Source: Tricharina praecox (lineage: Eukaryota). Taken from it: 64,000 nt of DNA. The stretch covers positions 186,001-250,000 of the forward strand of contig NW_026250406.1 of assembly GCF_024521635.1 (NCBI RefSeq), in the 5' to 3' direction. The notes beneath the pieces were generated by a model. The model was not told the origin of the DNA. It did no database searches and was given only the letters and a program-made list of their open reading frames with translations. Below are positions 23,797 to 36,677 of this stretch, in pieces. How positions within the stretch are numbered: position 1 is the first letter of the stretch; each line of letters starts with the position of its first letter. Both the position numbers and the translations under genes were made by a program.

Positions 23797-25005
23797 CTAA
23801 AACTTCTCCCACTCATCATTCTCCCAATCGTCATCCTTCTTCTTCTGCGTCGCCTGCCCGGAGCTCTTCATAGCACTCGTCCCCAGGGCGGCCGGCTTCT
23901 GTTGGACCTGCACCGGCGGCGCGGGCTCACCAAAGCTCTCCCAAAAGTCCTTCCTCTCAGGCTCGACCCTTCCCCTCGCAGCCCCTCCGGCTCCGGGGCC
24001 CTCCACAAACTTATTAAAGTTCTCATAACCGAGGCGGCCAACGCCCTGCACGCCCTGCTGCACGCCCTGCCCCATCAGCGCGGCGGTCCTGGCTAGGTCC
24101 GCTTCCGCCAGCTTCTGCGCCGTCGGCTTGATCACCTGCTCGTTCGCCAGCATCGCCGCCCGCGTCGCTTGCGTCGTGAAGAAGCCCCAGCCCTTGGTTA
24201 GTGCCGCTACTGGATCGCGCGTTAGGTCGCCGAGTACGTCGGATGGTCCCCCTGCCGAGGAGGACGGGGGTGGGGTCGAGCCGAAGCCGGCGTATTTGCC
24301 GCCTTGGGAAGGGGGGAGCGAGTCCGGCCGCGTCTCGTTCGCGGAGTGCAGTCGCGCGAAGTAGGCTTCGTTGCGCGCTTTTTTCGAGGCCGCGTCGGAG
24401 GAGAGGGGGACGCTGGAGGAGGCGGAGGGCGTGGAGCTGCGTGATGGTCTAGCGGTGTTGGTGTTGCTAGTGTTTGGAGGTGGGGGGACATATTCGCGGC
24501 CCTCAACGTCGGCGGTCAACTGCTCGCACTATGTATCAGCCCCTCTCCTCCTCTCCCCCCATCCCCCCCATCTCCCGGGCACCTACCATATCCTTATAAT
24601 TCCCAGCAGCCTCACACTCATACCGATCCTTTATCGCGCCCTCGCCGCCGCCGGTCTCGAGCATGCCTTGCGCGCGACAATACTCCTTCCATCTCATATT
24701 CCCACCCTTCTCCATGCGCGCCATCTCCTCGCTCTTGAACGCGTCCATGGTGACCGAGCGCACGAACGAGATGTGGACGCCGAGCCCCCGGTGCACCCCC
24801 GCGCACGTCAGGCAGATGAAGATTCCGAACTTCGGACTTGCCCATTGCGGCGCTGGAGCGCCGCAGTCACTGCAGGTGTTGTTGCCCGGAAGCTTTTGCA
24901 GCGCGAGGAGCTGGGTAGGCGTTAGTGAAGGGGAACGGGGAGGAGGGGGGGGGTGAGGGAAACCTTGCGCCGCGTGTCTGGATCTATTTCCCAGGATTTC
25001 GACAT
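23797..25005 (-). CDS. GCS1: ADP-ribosylation factor GTPase-activating protein (Gcs1-type), 3 exons
   Basis: [14 protein letters not shown]|..[57 protein letters not shown]; ends [11 protein letters not shown]. Confidence 0.92.
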
Positions 25006-25372
25006 TGCAATGTGGTGGTCGTGCTCTCGATGCGGCGGATGGAGGGAGTGGTTACTGTAGTTGGGTGGGTGGTGGTGGAAGATGGAAACGACGGGTCGTG
25101 GTCTATGGTATGGTATGGTACGTACGTGTGAAGCTCGGGCTGACAGGGTGTCGCCCAACCTACATACCTCCTAGAGTAGAGTAGGTACCTGCTCTATTCT
25201 ACGCACAGGGGCACCATGTATCTACCTCACAAAACATCACACGTCCGGAATTACGAACTCAATGTTATGTCGGTGATCTTGAACCTAACCCAGTTACCGG
25301 TCCCTACATACGAGCTCTATGGACCTGCCAAAAGCAAAACAAAAGCGAGAAACAAATAGCAAAAAGATGATC

Positions 25373-25458
25373 TTCCGTTACGGGGAATTGAACCCCGGTC
25401 TGGCCGGATTAATGCTCTGCTTGAGAGCGGCCGATGCTAGCCACTACACCATAACGGA
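25373..25458 (-). tRNA. tRNA-Glu(CTC) with 14-nt intron
   Basis: Minus strand TCCGTTATGGTGTAGTGGCTAGCATC-GGCCG-CTCTCA[AGCAGAGCATTAAT]C-CGGCC-AGACCGGGGTTCAATTCCCCGTAACGGAA: acceptor stem, A/B boxes and anticodon CTC; T5 terminator a few nt downstream. Confidence 0.93.
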
Positions 25459-26194
25459 TTGATGCTTATTAAGCTAATTATGCTGTATTGAAGCCACATA
25501 AATATACGGCTTTGAGAAGTGTATAGTAAACAGTCCTACGGAGGTAATGGTGATGATCCATTAAGCCTGTATAGTATGCTCCCAGATCTACGCACAGCGG
25601 GGGCAGAGGAAACTACAGTAGGTAGGGAAACACGAGCCAGCCTCTCCGCATATTTACCGGTACTTTGGGTTCGCCATGGACAGCAAGGAAAGCGGGTGTG
25701 AGGGGGAGGATGAAAACGTGAAAGGGTGCCCCAGGGTCCCCAGAGAGTATGTAACGGATATCGGCGACATGAGATGTACTGCACTGCATAGTAGGTACAT
25801 AGTTGGCCCGTCCTCGGTGCGGAGTTCGGACTCCAAATGGCGGGTGACGTCTTCTCTTTCTCTCCTTTTTCTCTTTCGAACACCGATTCATTCTCGCAAA
25901 CATCCCTCAGCAGCCCATAGCGAAACATTTCTCTTTCCAAGTAGGAGTTGTGAAATGGCGAAAACCCCCCAGGGCCGAGTGCTACCCCGTGAACCCACGC
26001 TTTCGAATCACGAACCATCACCAGCATATCTCTTCCCACAGCATCTCTCATGCTACGGACTTGCGGTATCGCACTGTACTCTTTGGTACTCTCTACTGCT
26101 GATACCGGTACGCAGACAACGGCTACGGTTCACCGCTCCCGATTTTATCCACATTGATTAAATGAACATGAACAGGCCGAGACCTCGGCACTGG

Positions 26195-26202
26195 TGACGT
26201 CA
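26195..26202. promoter_or_regulatory. CRE/ATF palindrome TGACGTCA
   Basis: Perfect palindrome followed by the half-site cacgtcac, about 210 bp upstream of the 26408 ORF. Confidence 0.4.
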
Positions 26203-26407
26203 GTCACGTCACCACCCCCCGACTCCCGGAGTTCATACGGTTATATCCCCTACAACTGCCTCGTCCTCGCCCTCGCCTCGTCCTCGCCTCGCCATCGCAT
26301 CCGTCCTTGCACAAACCAGCCAGCCAACCGAACCCACACACAACGAAACACAGGGCAAAGAGACTCCACGAGAAACATTCCACCCACCCACTCCAAGACG
26401 TAGCACT

Positions 26408-26764
26408 ATGCCCGCGAAATCCAACGACCAAGGCGCACAAGAAATCACGCGGCGCATCGACGGCAAGGACGTCACGGACTCTGCGCCAACCCGGGACCAA
26501 GGCGCGCAAGAGGTGACCGCTCAGGTCTTTAGCCACCACGTTGGAGTTGGAGCTGGTGCTGGGGCGAATAGGGACCAAGGCGCACAAGAAATCACCCGCC
26601 GCATCGACGGCAAGGACGCGGCGGCAACAAAGGATCAGGGAGCGCAGGAGGTCGCTGGGAAGGTGGAGGAGAAGAAGGATAGAAAGGAGAATAAGCACGG
26701 CAAGAAAGATGGAAAGCCCGCCGGAGTACGGTGGCGGGAGATGAGACTTAGTGGGAAGCTGTGA
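26408..26764 (+). CDS. Small hydrophilic protein with four DQGAQE repeats (unknown function)
   Basis: 118-aa ORF with a CA-rich leader; the repeats are conserved at protein level with synonymous DNA differences. Confidence 0.65.
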   Translation: MPAKSNDQGAQEITRRIDGKDVTDSAPTRDQGAQEVTAQVFSHHVGVGAGAGANRDQGAQEITRRIDGKDAAATKDQGAQEVAGKVEEKKDRKENKHGKKDGKPAGVRWREMRLSGKL

Positions 26765-26859
26765 TCATCTGTGATCATCTGTATTTATATTTATGTCAAA
26801 TGTTGATATTATGCGTCTTATTGCCTGTTCCAGTGTCATGAGTGTCACTGGTATTTTTC

Positions 26860-26950
26860 TCTGTCCTCTGTCCTCTGTCCTCTGTCCTCTGTCCTCTGTC
26901 CTCTGTCCTCTGTCCTCTGTCCTCTGTCCTCTGTCCTCTGTCCTCTGTCC
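26860..26950. repeat. (TCCTCTG)n heptanucleotide microsatellite
   Basis: Directly visible, about 12 units. Confidence 0.95.
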
Positions 26951-29500
26951 ATTTGTAGCGTTGTATCGTTGCATACAGCCTTCGTGCCTTCGTGGCTGCT
27001 TAGCATTATTCATGGCTTCTCGTCAGAATTAGCCTCGTTAGCTAAAGCCTTCAAGCCTTCGAGCCCCAGCCCAGTCCGGAGACGACTATCGTCGCATCCT
27101 CTGTCCGAGGCCCGGCTTCATCGAGTCTATGTCTACCAGTATGATACACGAGCTCGTTTCCCTTACAAGCAGTTTCATTTCCCATCTTTCCTCATCTTTC
27201 TCGTCTTTCTCATTTTCTTCATCTTTCTCGTCTTTCTCGTACCAATTACATCAATTACATCAACCAAGTAAAGTCAAGTTCTCCCAGTTTCAACATCGGA
27301 GGAGGAATCCACGCGAGTGATTCCACGTGAATGGTTTATGCCTATCCGAGCAAGGCTAGTCCGTGTGTGGAGTGAGTGAAGTGGCGTAAGTTCCGCATAG
27401 GATAGTTACTATCCATCGAGCCGAGAGTACACTTTCTTATTTCGATACCCATCGTACCTACATCCCACATTGTACCGTAACTAGTAGTTACCCGCGGCCC
27501 GTCCGTCCACGCGGTCGACCTCCGCTTCAGCCTTCAGGGATCACCGGTACCACTACACAGCGATATGCACTGGCATCGAACACATCGAACACATTGAACA
27601 CATCAGCCGCCACCACTTCCACCTCCACCTTCCTCGGCTGTGGCTAGCTGTGTAGGTAGCTGTGTAGATATGTAGAGTATGTGGCTAGCATGTAGATATG
27701 TGGCTATATATGTGGCTATATGTGGCTACAGCGGTTGCGGAAGGCGTAGGCGGCCCGCCCCACTACATACACACTACATACCCACTAGTTAGTTATGTAA
27801 AACTAGCGGGGATCTGGCGGGTGTGGATATTCTGTATGTACATATGGCCACTACATATAGTAACTAGAGCAGCTTGGTGAGTCCAGCTTGGTGAGTCCCC
27901 CACCTCTAGGTATAGATACATGTAACATGTAACATGTAGAGTACCAGGCGGGTGGGTATTCTCGAGAGATGGAAAGAGAAAGAGAGATATGGAAGCTGCC
28001 TGCAAACAGATCGTCCTCTCTCCCTCCACTCCCTCCACTCCACGCCGGCTATGTATTTACTTATACTTAGATACATAGGATACCTTTCTCCATCCCCAGT
28101 ACCTGCCTCCATAGATAGCCATGCGAAAACAGCGATGCACTGTGCATTACCTAGATCTGGTATACAGGTATACACAACCTACATATCTACCACCTACACA
28201 CACACATGAGTACCTAGTCGTGAACTTACACTGCACTGCACTGCACTGGCGCAGATCGGCGCCAACAAGACCTGACACGACAAGACCAGACATGACCAGA
28301 CATGAATTGACAGCCGCGTCCGCATTATAGCACTCTACCCAGCATTAGTTAGCTGTAGCATTAGCTGCAGTGCTCTGGCAATACCCGGATCGCTCGCTGG
28401 AAGGTGCTCTACATATGTAGTAGCTGGGGAGCAAACGTCGATCCGCGTCCGATTGGGCGTCCATATGTATGTAGGCTCGAATTTTTCGTCCCAGGAGATG
28501 CCCCGTCACAGTGGCAATGGCAGTGGCAATGGCAAGGACTGGCTCGCTGGCTGGCTGGATGAGTGAGTGGCAGTGGCGGCGACGTGCTGACTGCCCGGCT
28601 GGCTGGCTGGGAGATTAGTTACTGACGTGGGCTGCGGGCAAGGGCGGAGGAGGACGTAGGTGCTATGTATGTATGTCCATCAATACAAGGCTCCGGATTT
28701 CGGAGGGGAAGGAGTGGCGCTTCGTCGTCGTCAGCAAGTCTACCGGACGTTCGTCAGTTTGCACACTCTACATTGCGCCCTCGAGAGGTGAGAACCGAGG
28801 TGGAGTACTTACCAGTTGGATGTCGGTCGAGTCCTAGAGATGGTCTGTTGCCTCTCGGGAGGAATGGAGAGAGGGGGGGCTTTCGGTCGAAGCATAGAGA
28901 TACCGACGAGGTCGATATCGACAACATAGGTGGGTATACAGCTGAGCTGAGCTGGGGATAACGCCGGTATACCCCCATTCCCCTCCACACCCTCCCCCCT
29001 CAGTCCAAGCTCCCACGTTCCAATTAGTTATCCGCACTCGTGCCCGTGGACTCGCACCAGTAGGCTCACACCCGTGGACTCGTGCCCATGGACTCGTGCC
29101 CGTGTACTCGTGGCCTCGTGGACGGTGTGGTGGAGGGAAAGCGGGAGGACCAACGGATAGCCACCTCCATACCTAGCAACATGTAACATGTAACATAACA
29201 CCATATGTTGTAGCCCAGCGCGGCGACGGCTTGTAGCATGCTGTCGATGGACGGAATAGACGAAAGCCTGTCACGTCAACAGTCAAAGTACTGAGGATAT
29301 GCGGACATCCGGCCGGGCGGGCATGCCGATAGTTATTGCCAATCGTGAACATTGGCTGTCTGTCTGTCAGATGTCTGTCTGGCTGTTGCACCGGCTAGGG
29401 ATGTCCTGGTATGTAGCAGGTAAGTGCCAGGCAAGTACTACAATATCCTCGCGCGAGCCGAATTCCAACTTCCAAGGCCACGATCATCTTCCATCTTCCA

Positions 29501-29566
<66 letters not shown>

Positions 29567-29570
29567 TGCC
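29501..29570. repeat. (CCTG)n microsatellite
   Basis: Directly visible. Confidence 0.95.
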
Positions 29571-30955
29571 AATTGGCCCATCATTTTCTTTTCTTTTCTT
29601 TCTTTATTTTTTCTTATTTATTTTTTGAAGCCAGTTACACGCAAGCCACTGCGGACACTGCGGTGAGGCTCGCCTTTAGGCCGGCCGTAAGTAGAAGTTC
29701 AACGCGGTCCGGTGATGGGCGCTACATATGCTACCGTATGCAACTGGCAACTGCACTGGCGCTGGCTCTTCCGCACGAGACGAGTCGAGACGAGACGAGA
29801 CGAGCTGTCCCATCACATCAAGTCGACTCGAGGCAACTGATAGTTAGCTACACAACAAGTACTTGCTTGAGTGGAGTGCATACTTGGGTATATGGACCAT
29901 CATAGTAAGTATCTCCCCGCCTCGTGACCACGATACGAACTCCTCTAGGTACCGTAGTCAATCCACGTCGCTATGTAGAGTACATAAGCGGGCGAGCGCG
30001 GGAATATTGCGGGTGCACGGGGCGCACGGGGTGTGGACTGTGGAGAAGGTGAAGGTTGCTGTTCGGTTAGCGACTCGAGCGTTGCGTGGGGAAGGAAGGG
30101 AGCCGGCAGCGGATCAGGATGGGACAGGACGGGACGGGAGGGAAGGGGAGGGGACGGGAGGGGAGGGGAGGGGACTGCTTGTGAGAGTGGGAGCGGATAT
30201 CCGTCTGTTTTCGCATAGGCATTACGGCATATCTGGGCTGTGGCGACCTGGGGCGGGCTTGTGGGCGAGGGAGGGAGAGAGAGAGATAGAATATCGTCAC
30301 ATAGGGACGGGGACTTGCAAGTTGGTTGTCGTCGTCGAGTCGGGCAGAGGCGAGACAGCCGAGTGATCAGTCCGGATGCGTCGAATGATGTCGTCGAGTC
30401 GAGGCGGCAGTCTCGATTGATCTTTGAGACCGTGACTTTTTTTCCAAGCTGCGAGTGCTCGAGTGATTTGCTTACTTTTCCGAGTCTGATGGCCAACACG
30501 ACATGACAAGACAGCACAGCCTGGACAGGGCGCTGGGTTGTGGCGGCATGTGTTCACTCTATGTATGACTGGCGACGGCGGCCGGCGGTGAGCGGGCGGT
30601 GTTTGTGTCGTTTGTGTCGTTTGTGTTGTTTGTGTTGCACCCACGTTGGTTGCACTGCCATGGTCTTGTGCTTCTTGCGAAACAAGGCCCCCCCACCCTC
30701 GCCCTCGCCCGCCGCCTGCTCCTCCTATCTCCGCTTCATCCTCCTCCCCCTCCCCCTCCTCCTCCCCCTCCCCCTCCTCCTCCCCCTCCCCCTCCTCCTC
30801 CAACAACACCGCAATCGCGCATCGAAATTGGTTGAGTTTCCGCTAGCTCCGTCTTGCCTACCCCGCCGCAGCTCATCTCGTCGTTGCAATTGGCCTGTGT
30901 TCATCACCCATGGTTTCGATGATTCAATGGTATTCTAGAAGCCGGGATGCCCGCT

Positions 30956-30989
<34 letters not shown>

Positions 30990-33259
30990 GCGGCATCATC
31001 GGCAGCATCATCGACCCCGCATTCGAGGCGCTGTCCAAACAAGAATGATGTAACTCCCGCCCCGCTGGGATGAAGTCCGAGCCGAGCGGTGCTGCAATCT
31101 GCATAGATGATGGGTCTGGAATCTGGATGAAGCATCAACGCCCGGAGATGAAGAGGTATTGGTCGGTCTGGATGGAAAAACCAAAGAAAAATATTATACA
31201 ACACAGCCACCGCCAGCGAATGGATGCCCGTCGGCTAAGTGAGAAGTACATAAGAAAGAAGTACTATAGGTACGTACTCCTACTCTTACTTGCCAGGTGA
31301 GTGAGTACACTACCGGTACTAATCTATAGTACACAGCTGCTGTTTCGATGATGTCGTTCCAACCGCGCTCTCTGCGAACCATCGATCGGATATCCACATC
31401 AAGTCTGTATGGACTCTACACCGCACCGCACTCTATGCCATCCATCTCGGGCGGAGGCATAATGCAACCGCATTGAAGGTAGGTATTCTTGCCGGTGGAG
31501 GTATCTCAATGCGGGAACTCTCCGGAGAATCCGGACCCGAGCGAAAGAAGGTCGACAAGAAGAAAAATAAAATGTGGCTTGCATTTGCCTGCTTGCATTT
31601 GCCTACCTCGCATGACATGTTGCTTGCGCGCCCCTTGGGTAGAGCGCGGTACTCTAGAGTGCGGTAGAGTACATACTGCTGTGCTGCTGCTGCTTCCCGG
31701 CGGGCGGACATTCTACAGTAGGAATATCGAATCGAATCCGCTTGCTTTCGAGTTTCCTGTCTTTGCCGTGATCTGATTGATCTACATGGGGTAACAGGGA
31801 GTTCCTCGGATGTGTGTGTCCATCGTACCGGCTATCCAGGCCAGCCACTGGCTTTCTTTCGGGGGGCGCGAGTTGCTTAGGAACGACAACTTGCCTCAGG
31901 TCTGACCGTCTGAGCCCTTGCGAGCCTAAGCCCGACCCGCAGAGCCCCACCCGGCCGGAGACCACTACCCAAGTAGTATGATATCTACTTGGCTCTACTA
32001 CTGGTTATCGAGTAACTACCGGTAACTACCGGTATAGTTACTCTAGACCTCCGTTCGTTCGTTCGTCCGTCCACCAGTTCCATCAGGTCACTTCGCTTCT
32101 GCTCCCGCGTGGCTGCTACTGCTGCTACTGCTGCTACTGCTGCGCCTGCGCCTGTGATAGCTATCCATTGCGCGTATGGTTGGTCGGAGCCTTCCTTCGA
32201 CGCACCCACCCACCGCCCAGAGGCATCCGGAGATGCTGAAGAATCTGACGGAATCATCAAGGGGCGGACAACGATTTGTTGGCACGCTCGGAACTACCTG
32301 ACAAGTGCCCTCTGGCTTGCTTTCTTGCTGCGTCTCTCTTTCCTGCACCTGCATGCTCAATGTATGTACCCTACCCTACCTACCCACCCACCTACCCTAC
32401 CCGCATATGTAGAGTATCGACAGTTCCACTCCGTCGCCCGCTCGCCCTGGTTTCTGGTAAACCCATCCATCCATCCCCAACCCATCCATCCTTCCATCCC
32501 CCAACCTAAACCCCGAGCACGCGCGCAACATGGCCGAGCAGGCAAGTACATAGAGAAATCTCGTGGAGAGACCGCATTGGTTGGCTCCCCTCCCCTCCGA
32601 ACCTTTTGCCCTCTCCGAACCTTTTGCCCCCTCCGCCCCCCCTCTTCCAGTACCTGTTACTGTTACATCTGCACCACCACCTGCTGTGCTTCGGCCAAAG
32701 GCCAAGGATTCATGGATGGAAGGTGGGTGGAAGGATGGATGGATGGATGGCAGGATGGATGGCCCTTCCCTATCCTCTTCGCCTTCCCCTTCCCTAGAGT
32801 ACTCGAGTACCTCCCTCCCCCTTCGCGGCCAGTAGTTAACCGTGATCATTCCGCATTGGGGTTTCTGTTTTACTTTTTCTTTTCTTTTCCCTTCTGCTAG
32901 ATATTCTTTTTCTTCTTTTCTTTTCCGATGGATGCATGATCTGAGGCAAGGTTCGAAAACCGCAGCTTGGAGCCTGGTCGGTGGTGGTGGTGGTCTGGTA
33001 TTGTGTGGCAGGAAAGGAATTATATACTATATGCCCCATCGGGAGGGCGGTATTTTTTTCTGTCCTTTCTTTCTTTCTTTCTTCCTTTCTTCCTTTCTTC
33101 CGTTCTTCTAATATTTCTTTCTTAAAAAGCCTGCTGAAATATAATTCGTCTCCAAGTCCAAACTGTCCGCCGTTCGGCCGGTCCATTCCTTTTTTTTATA
33201 GTGGTGTTCACTGTTCACGCCTTGAGCTGATCTGACGAGATATACATATCACACCCACA

Positions 33260-33289
33260 CCAACCACCACCACCACCACTACAACAACA

Positions 33290-33370
<81 letters not shown>
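33260..33370. repeat. Compound (CCA)n-(CAA)n-(CTA)n microsatellite upstream of the VWA gene
   Basis: Directly visible; more than 20 CTA units. Confidence 0.95.
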
Positions 33371-33371
<1 letters not shown>

Positions 33372-33570
33372 ACCATCCGTCCTACGTGTGAACGAACCGA
33401 ACCAGCTTTCCATCTCATTGGCATATATACACCGTATATACCACATATATATACACACGGAGCACTGATTGATACATACATACCGCCAGCACCAGCACCA
33501 CTACCACCCCCATCTAACAACAACAAACAAACGACATAAACACGAGCCAAACCACCACTCGTTCGTCAAG

Positions 33571-36500
33571 ATGTGCTGCATCCCCTGGTGCTACGCCTTC
33601 TGCTGCGAGCCGCGGAAGCTGCTAAAGTACTACCGCACACGCAACACGAAGGGGGGGAAGCAACACAGCGGCAGCGGGGGGAGCGGGAGCACCGAGTCAT
33701 CAGACAATGCGCGGATCGTGAGCGAGAAGGGGCACAGGCATGCGCATGGAAACCGGGAGCGCCGGAGTAAGCGGCGGAGCCAGAGTGCGTCGCGCGGAGC
33801 GGCCGGGAAGGAGAGGGGTGGCGGAGGCGGGGGTGGGGGGAGGGAGAAGGAGAGGGGGGAGAAGGAGAAGGACCGGAGCAGGAGCAGCAGGCAGCAGAGG
33901 AAGACGGTCACCCCCTCGTCGTCGTCGGAGGACGGTAATGCTTTTGTCCCTGCGGTGTTGATTCCGCCGCCGCCGCCGCTCGACGTCGAGCTGTATAGAG
34001 ACCCGTCGCTGCAGGAGGCGCGGCAGACACCGAGCCCGTTCCCGGAGCCGTCGCCGCCGCCGTCACCCGTGCATTCCGAGCTGGAGCAGGAACGGCAGAT
34101 CACCCCGCCGCCGCCAGCTTCGCCCTCGCCGCCGCCTACGCCCGCCCCCCCGCGCCCGGCAAAGATCCCGCTCAGCCCCCCGCCGACAACGATTGTCGAG
34201 GGACACGCCCCCACCGCACCGTACGAATACACGCGCACGGTGATAACGCACCAGGACGAGCACCCGGCGTCCGCGGACAGCAGCAGCGACGAGCAGCCTT
34301 CGCACCCACACCCACACCAACACCAGCCCTCATCGGACGACGAGCAGCAGACCAGCACTCCCTCGGACTCCGAGCCTTACACTGGTCGCCGCCGGGTCTC
34401 AGTCTCGAGCACGCCCTCGCCTCCGCGCGCCCACCCACCCAGCGGCGTCCGGCACTTCATCCCGACGGCCATCGACGTAGAAATATTCGCGACGCCATCC
34501 GAGCGGCGGCGCGAACGCAGCGTGTCCCGCGTGCGCTCCGAGACCAACCGGCGCCGGCGCTCCCACTCCCGCCCCCGCTCCTCGTGGGGCGGCGAGTTCC
34601 GCGACTCCTATCATTCGCTGTACTCCGACGGCTCCCGCCGCGGCGAGGACTCCGATAATAGCGCTGCACCCCCACCGCCGATGCCTGCGGGCCCGGGATA
34701 CATGGGAGGTCGCAGGCCCAGGAGAAGTCATACCGGCGATCCGAATGCCCTGACTAGGCTTGTGCCTGGCGTCATGCCCGGCCAGAGTGGGCAGGCCGTC
34801 GAGAACTACGGCCCAGGCGCACTGGTCAGGCGCGGGACTGCGCCTGCGGATTTCGGAAACGGATACGACGACGGCAACGGGAATGGGGGCGGCGGCGAGC
34901 CGCCGAGGAGAATGTGTTCCCGCCGCCAGAAGAGGGAGATGGATGAGCGCGAGGGGCTGCGGCAGAGGGTGGAGTTGGAAGAGCGCGAGAATGCGCTCAG
35001 GGCGAGGAGGGAGCTGGAGGAGCGCGAGAATGCGCTCAGAGCCAGGAGGGAGCAGGAGGAAGATGCTATGCACCAGAGGAGGGAATTGGAAGAGCGGGAG
35101 ATGGCGGTGAGAGCGAGACGGGAGCAAGAGGAGCGTGAGGAGCGTGAGGAGCGTGAGGAGCGGGAGATGGCGGTCAGAGCGAGGAGGGAGCTGGAGGAGC
35201 GTGAGAATGCGATCAGAGCGAGACGGGAGCAGGAGGAGCGAGAGCACGCCCTGCGGCAGAGGAGGGAGCAGGAAGAAGCCATGCGCCAGAGGCGGGAACA
35301 GGAAGAACGCGAGCACGCCCTTCGAGCGCGACGAGACCAAGAGGAGCGTGAGAACGCCATGAGACATCAGCAGCAGCAGCAGCAGCAGGATGCGGAGACA
35401 GTAACCGGAGAGTCGCCCACAGGTCCCCCCAGACGGGCCCCCATCAACATCACCATCACTCGCACCGTCTCCACCCGGCGCAGAGTCAACAACCCCAGCC
35501 ACCACTCTACTAATTCCTCCCCCGCCGCCTCCCAGCCCGATCACCTCCAGCAATACACACCCCCAGATACCCCAAGTGCCGCGCCCAACTTTGTCGACTA
35601 CCGGCGGCGAGAGTTTCCCAAACTCGGCTTCGCATACGTCGAGGAGGGCCCGCTTCCCATCACCTTCGAGGACCACATGGAATCCCTGACCGCCCATATC
35701 GCCGAGCACAATCTCGAGGGAGTGATCCCCGACGACTCGCCGGATCCTCTCGAGATCGCGAAGCGTGCCGAAGCCGAAGCCGACCGGATCTGCTCCGCCC
35801 TCGGAATCTCGGCGTACGCCACGCCCGATCTCACCAAGGTCGGCCTGTACGATGTCATCGTCTTCTGCGACGACTCTGGGTCGATGCTGGCGAACAACCG
35901 CTTCGACGACCAGAAGGACGTCGTCAAGCGCATCTCGCGTATCGCGCAGACGTACAACCGCGCCGGCATCTCCCTGCGCTTCATCAACTTCCTCGACGAC
36001 GACGGCTACAACCGTCTCAACCACGGCGATATCAACTCCGCCGTCAGCCACGTGTTCCCTAACGGCACCACCCGCCTCGGAACGAAGCTGCTCGAAAAGG
36101 TCGTGCTGCCGTTCGTCATCGAGCCTGCGCGCCGCGGCGAGCTGCGGAAGCCCGTGCTGATCTCTATGATCACTGACGGCGAGGTACTTTCCCCCCCTTT
36201 TCCCGCGCGCTCACACCCACCACTAACACATTACAGCCGACCGAGGAAAACGTCGACACGTTGAAATGGACGATCCTAGCGTGTAAGGAGGAGCTGCGCA
36301 AGAACGTGAACGCGCGCGGCATCCCGTACGGCGAGTCGGCGGTGACGTTCCAGATCAATCGCATCGGCGACTCGCCCGACAGCAAGCGCTACCTCGACCG
36401 CCTCGCCAGGGATCCGGAAATGGTCGGGCTCATACATTGTAACGATGAGACGCTGGATTCCGCGGTCAGGGCGGCGGGAGGGGATGGGGGGAGGTTGAAT

Positions 36501-36621
36501 ACTTGGGTATGTTGTCTTCTGCTACAGGGGAAGGATGGGGGATGGGGGATGAGATGGGAATGATTGCTGACTGAACGGGGGATAGTTGACGCAGTTGCTC
36601 GCGGCGGGGGTTAAGATGTGA
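33571..36621 (+). CDS. Large protein: Cys-rich N-terminus, Pro/Ser-rich disordered region, E/R coiled-coil repeats, C-terminal VWA domain (RfeF-like); 3 exons
   Basis: Long ORF; MIDAS motif YDVIVFCDDSGSM, GTTRLG, PVLISMITDGE|P, VTFQINRIG; introns approx. 36184-36236 and 36507-36585; stop TGA 36619-36621. Confidence 0.8.
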
Positions 36622-36677
36622 TGATGTGATGATGTGATGATGTGATGATGTGATGATGTGATGATGTGATGATGTGA
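36617..36677. repeat. (GATGATGT)n octanucleotide microsatellite overlapping the stop codon
   Basis: Directly visible, about 7 units. Confidence 0.9.

Noticed and set aside
27165..27245. Minus-strand EKDEKDEE acidic stretch as a gene relic
   Set aside because: Short, explained by a 9-bp degenerate repeat, and lacking start or splice support.
32109..32900. 263-aa ORF in the large intergenic tract
   Set aside because: Starts at a non-ATG codon and is made of low-complexity and simple-repeat translation.
34399..36051. 550-aa antisense ORF
   Set aside because: Shadow of the GC-rich, repetitive VWA gene on the opposite strand.
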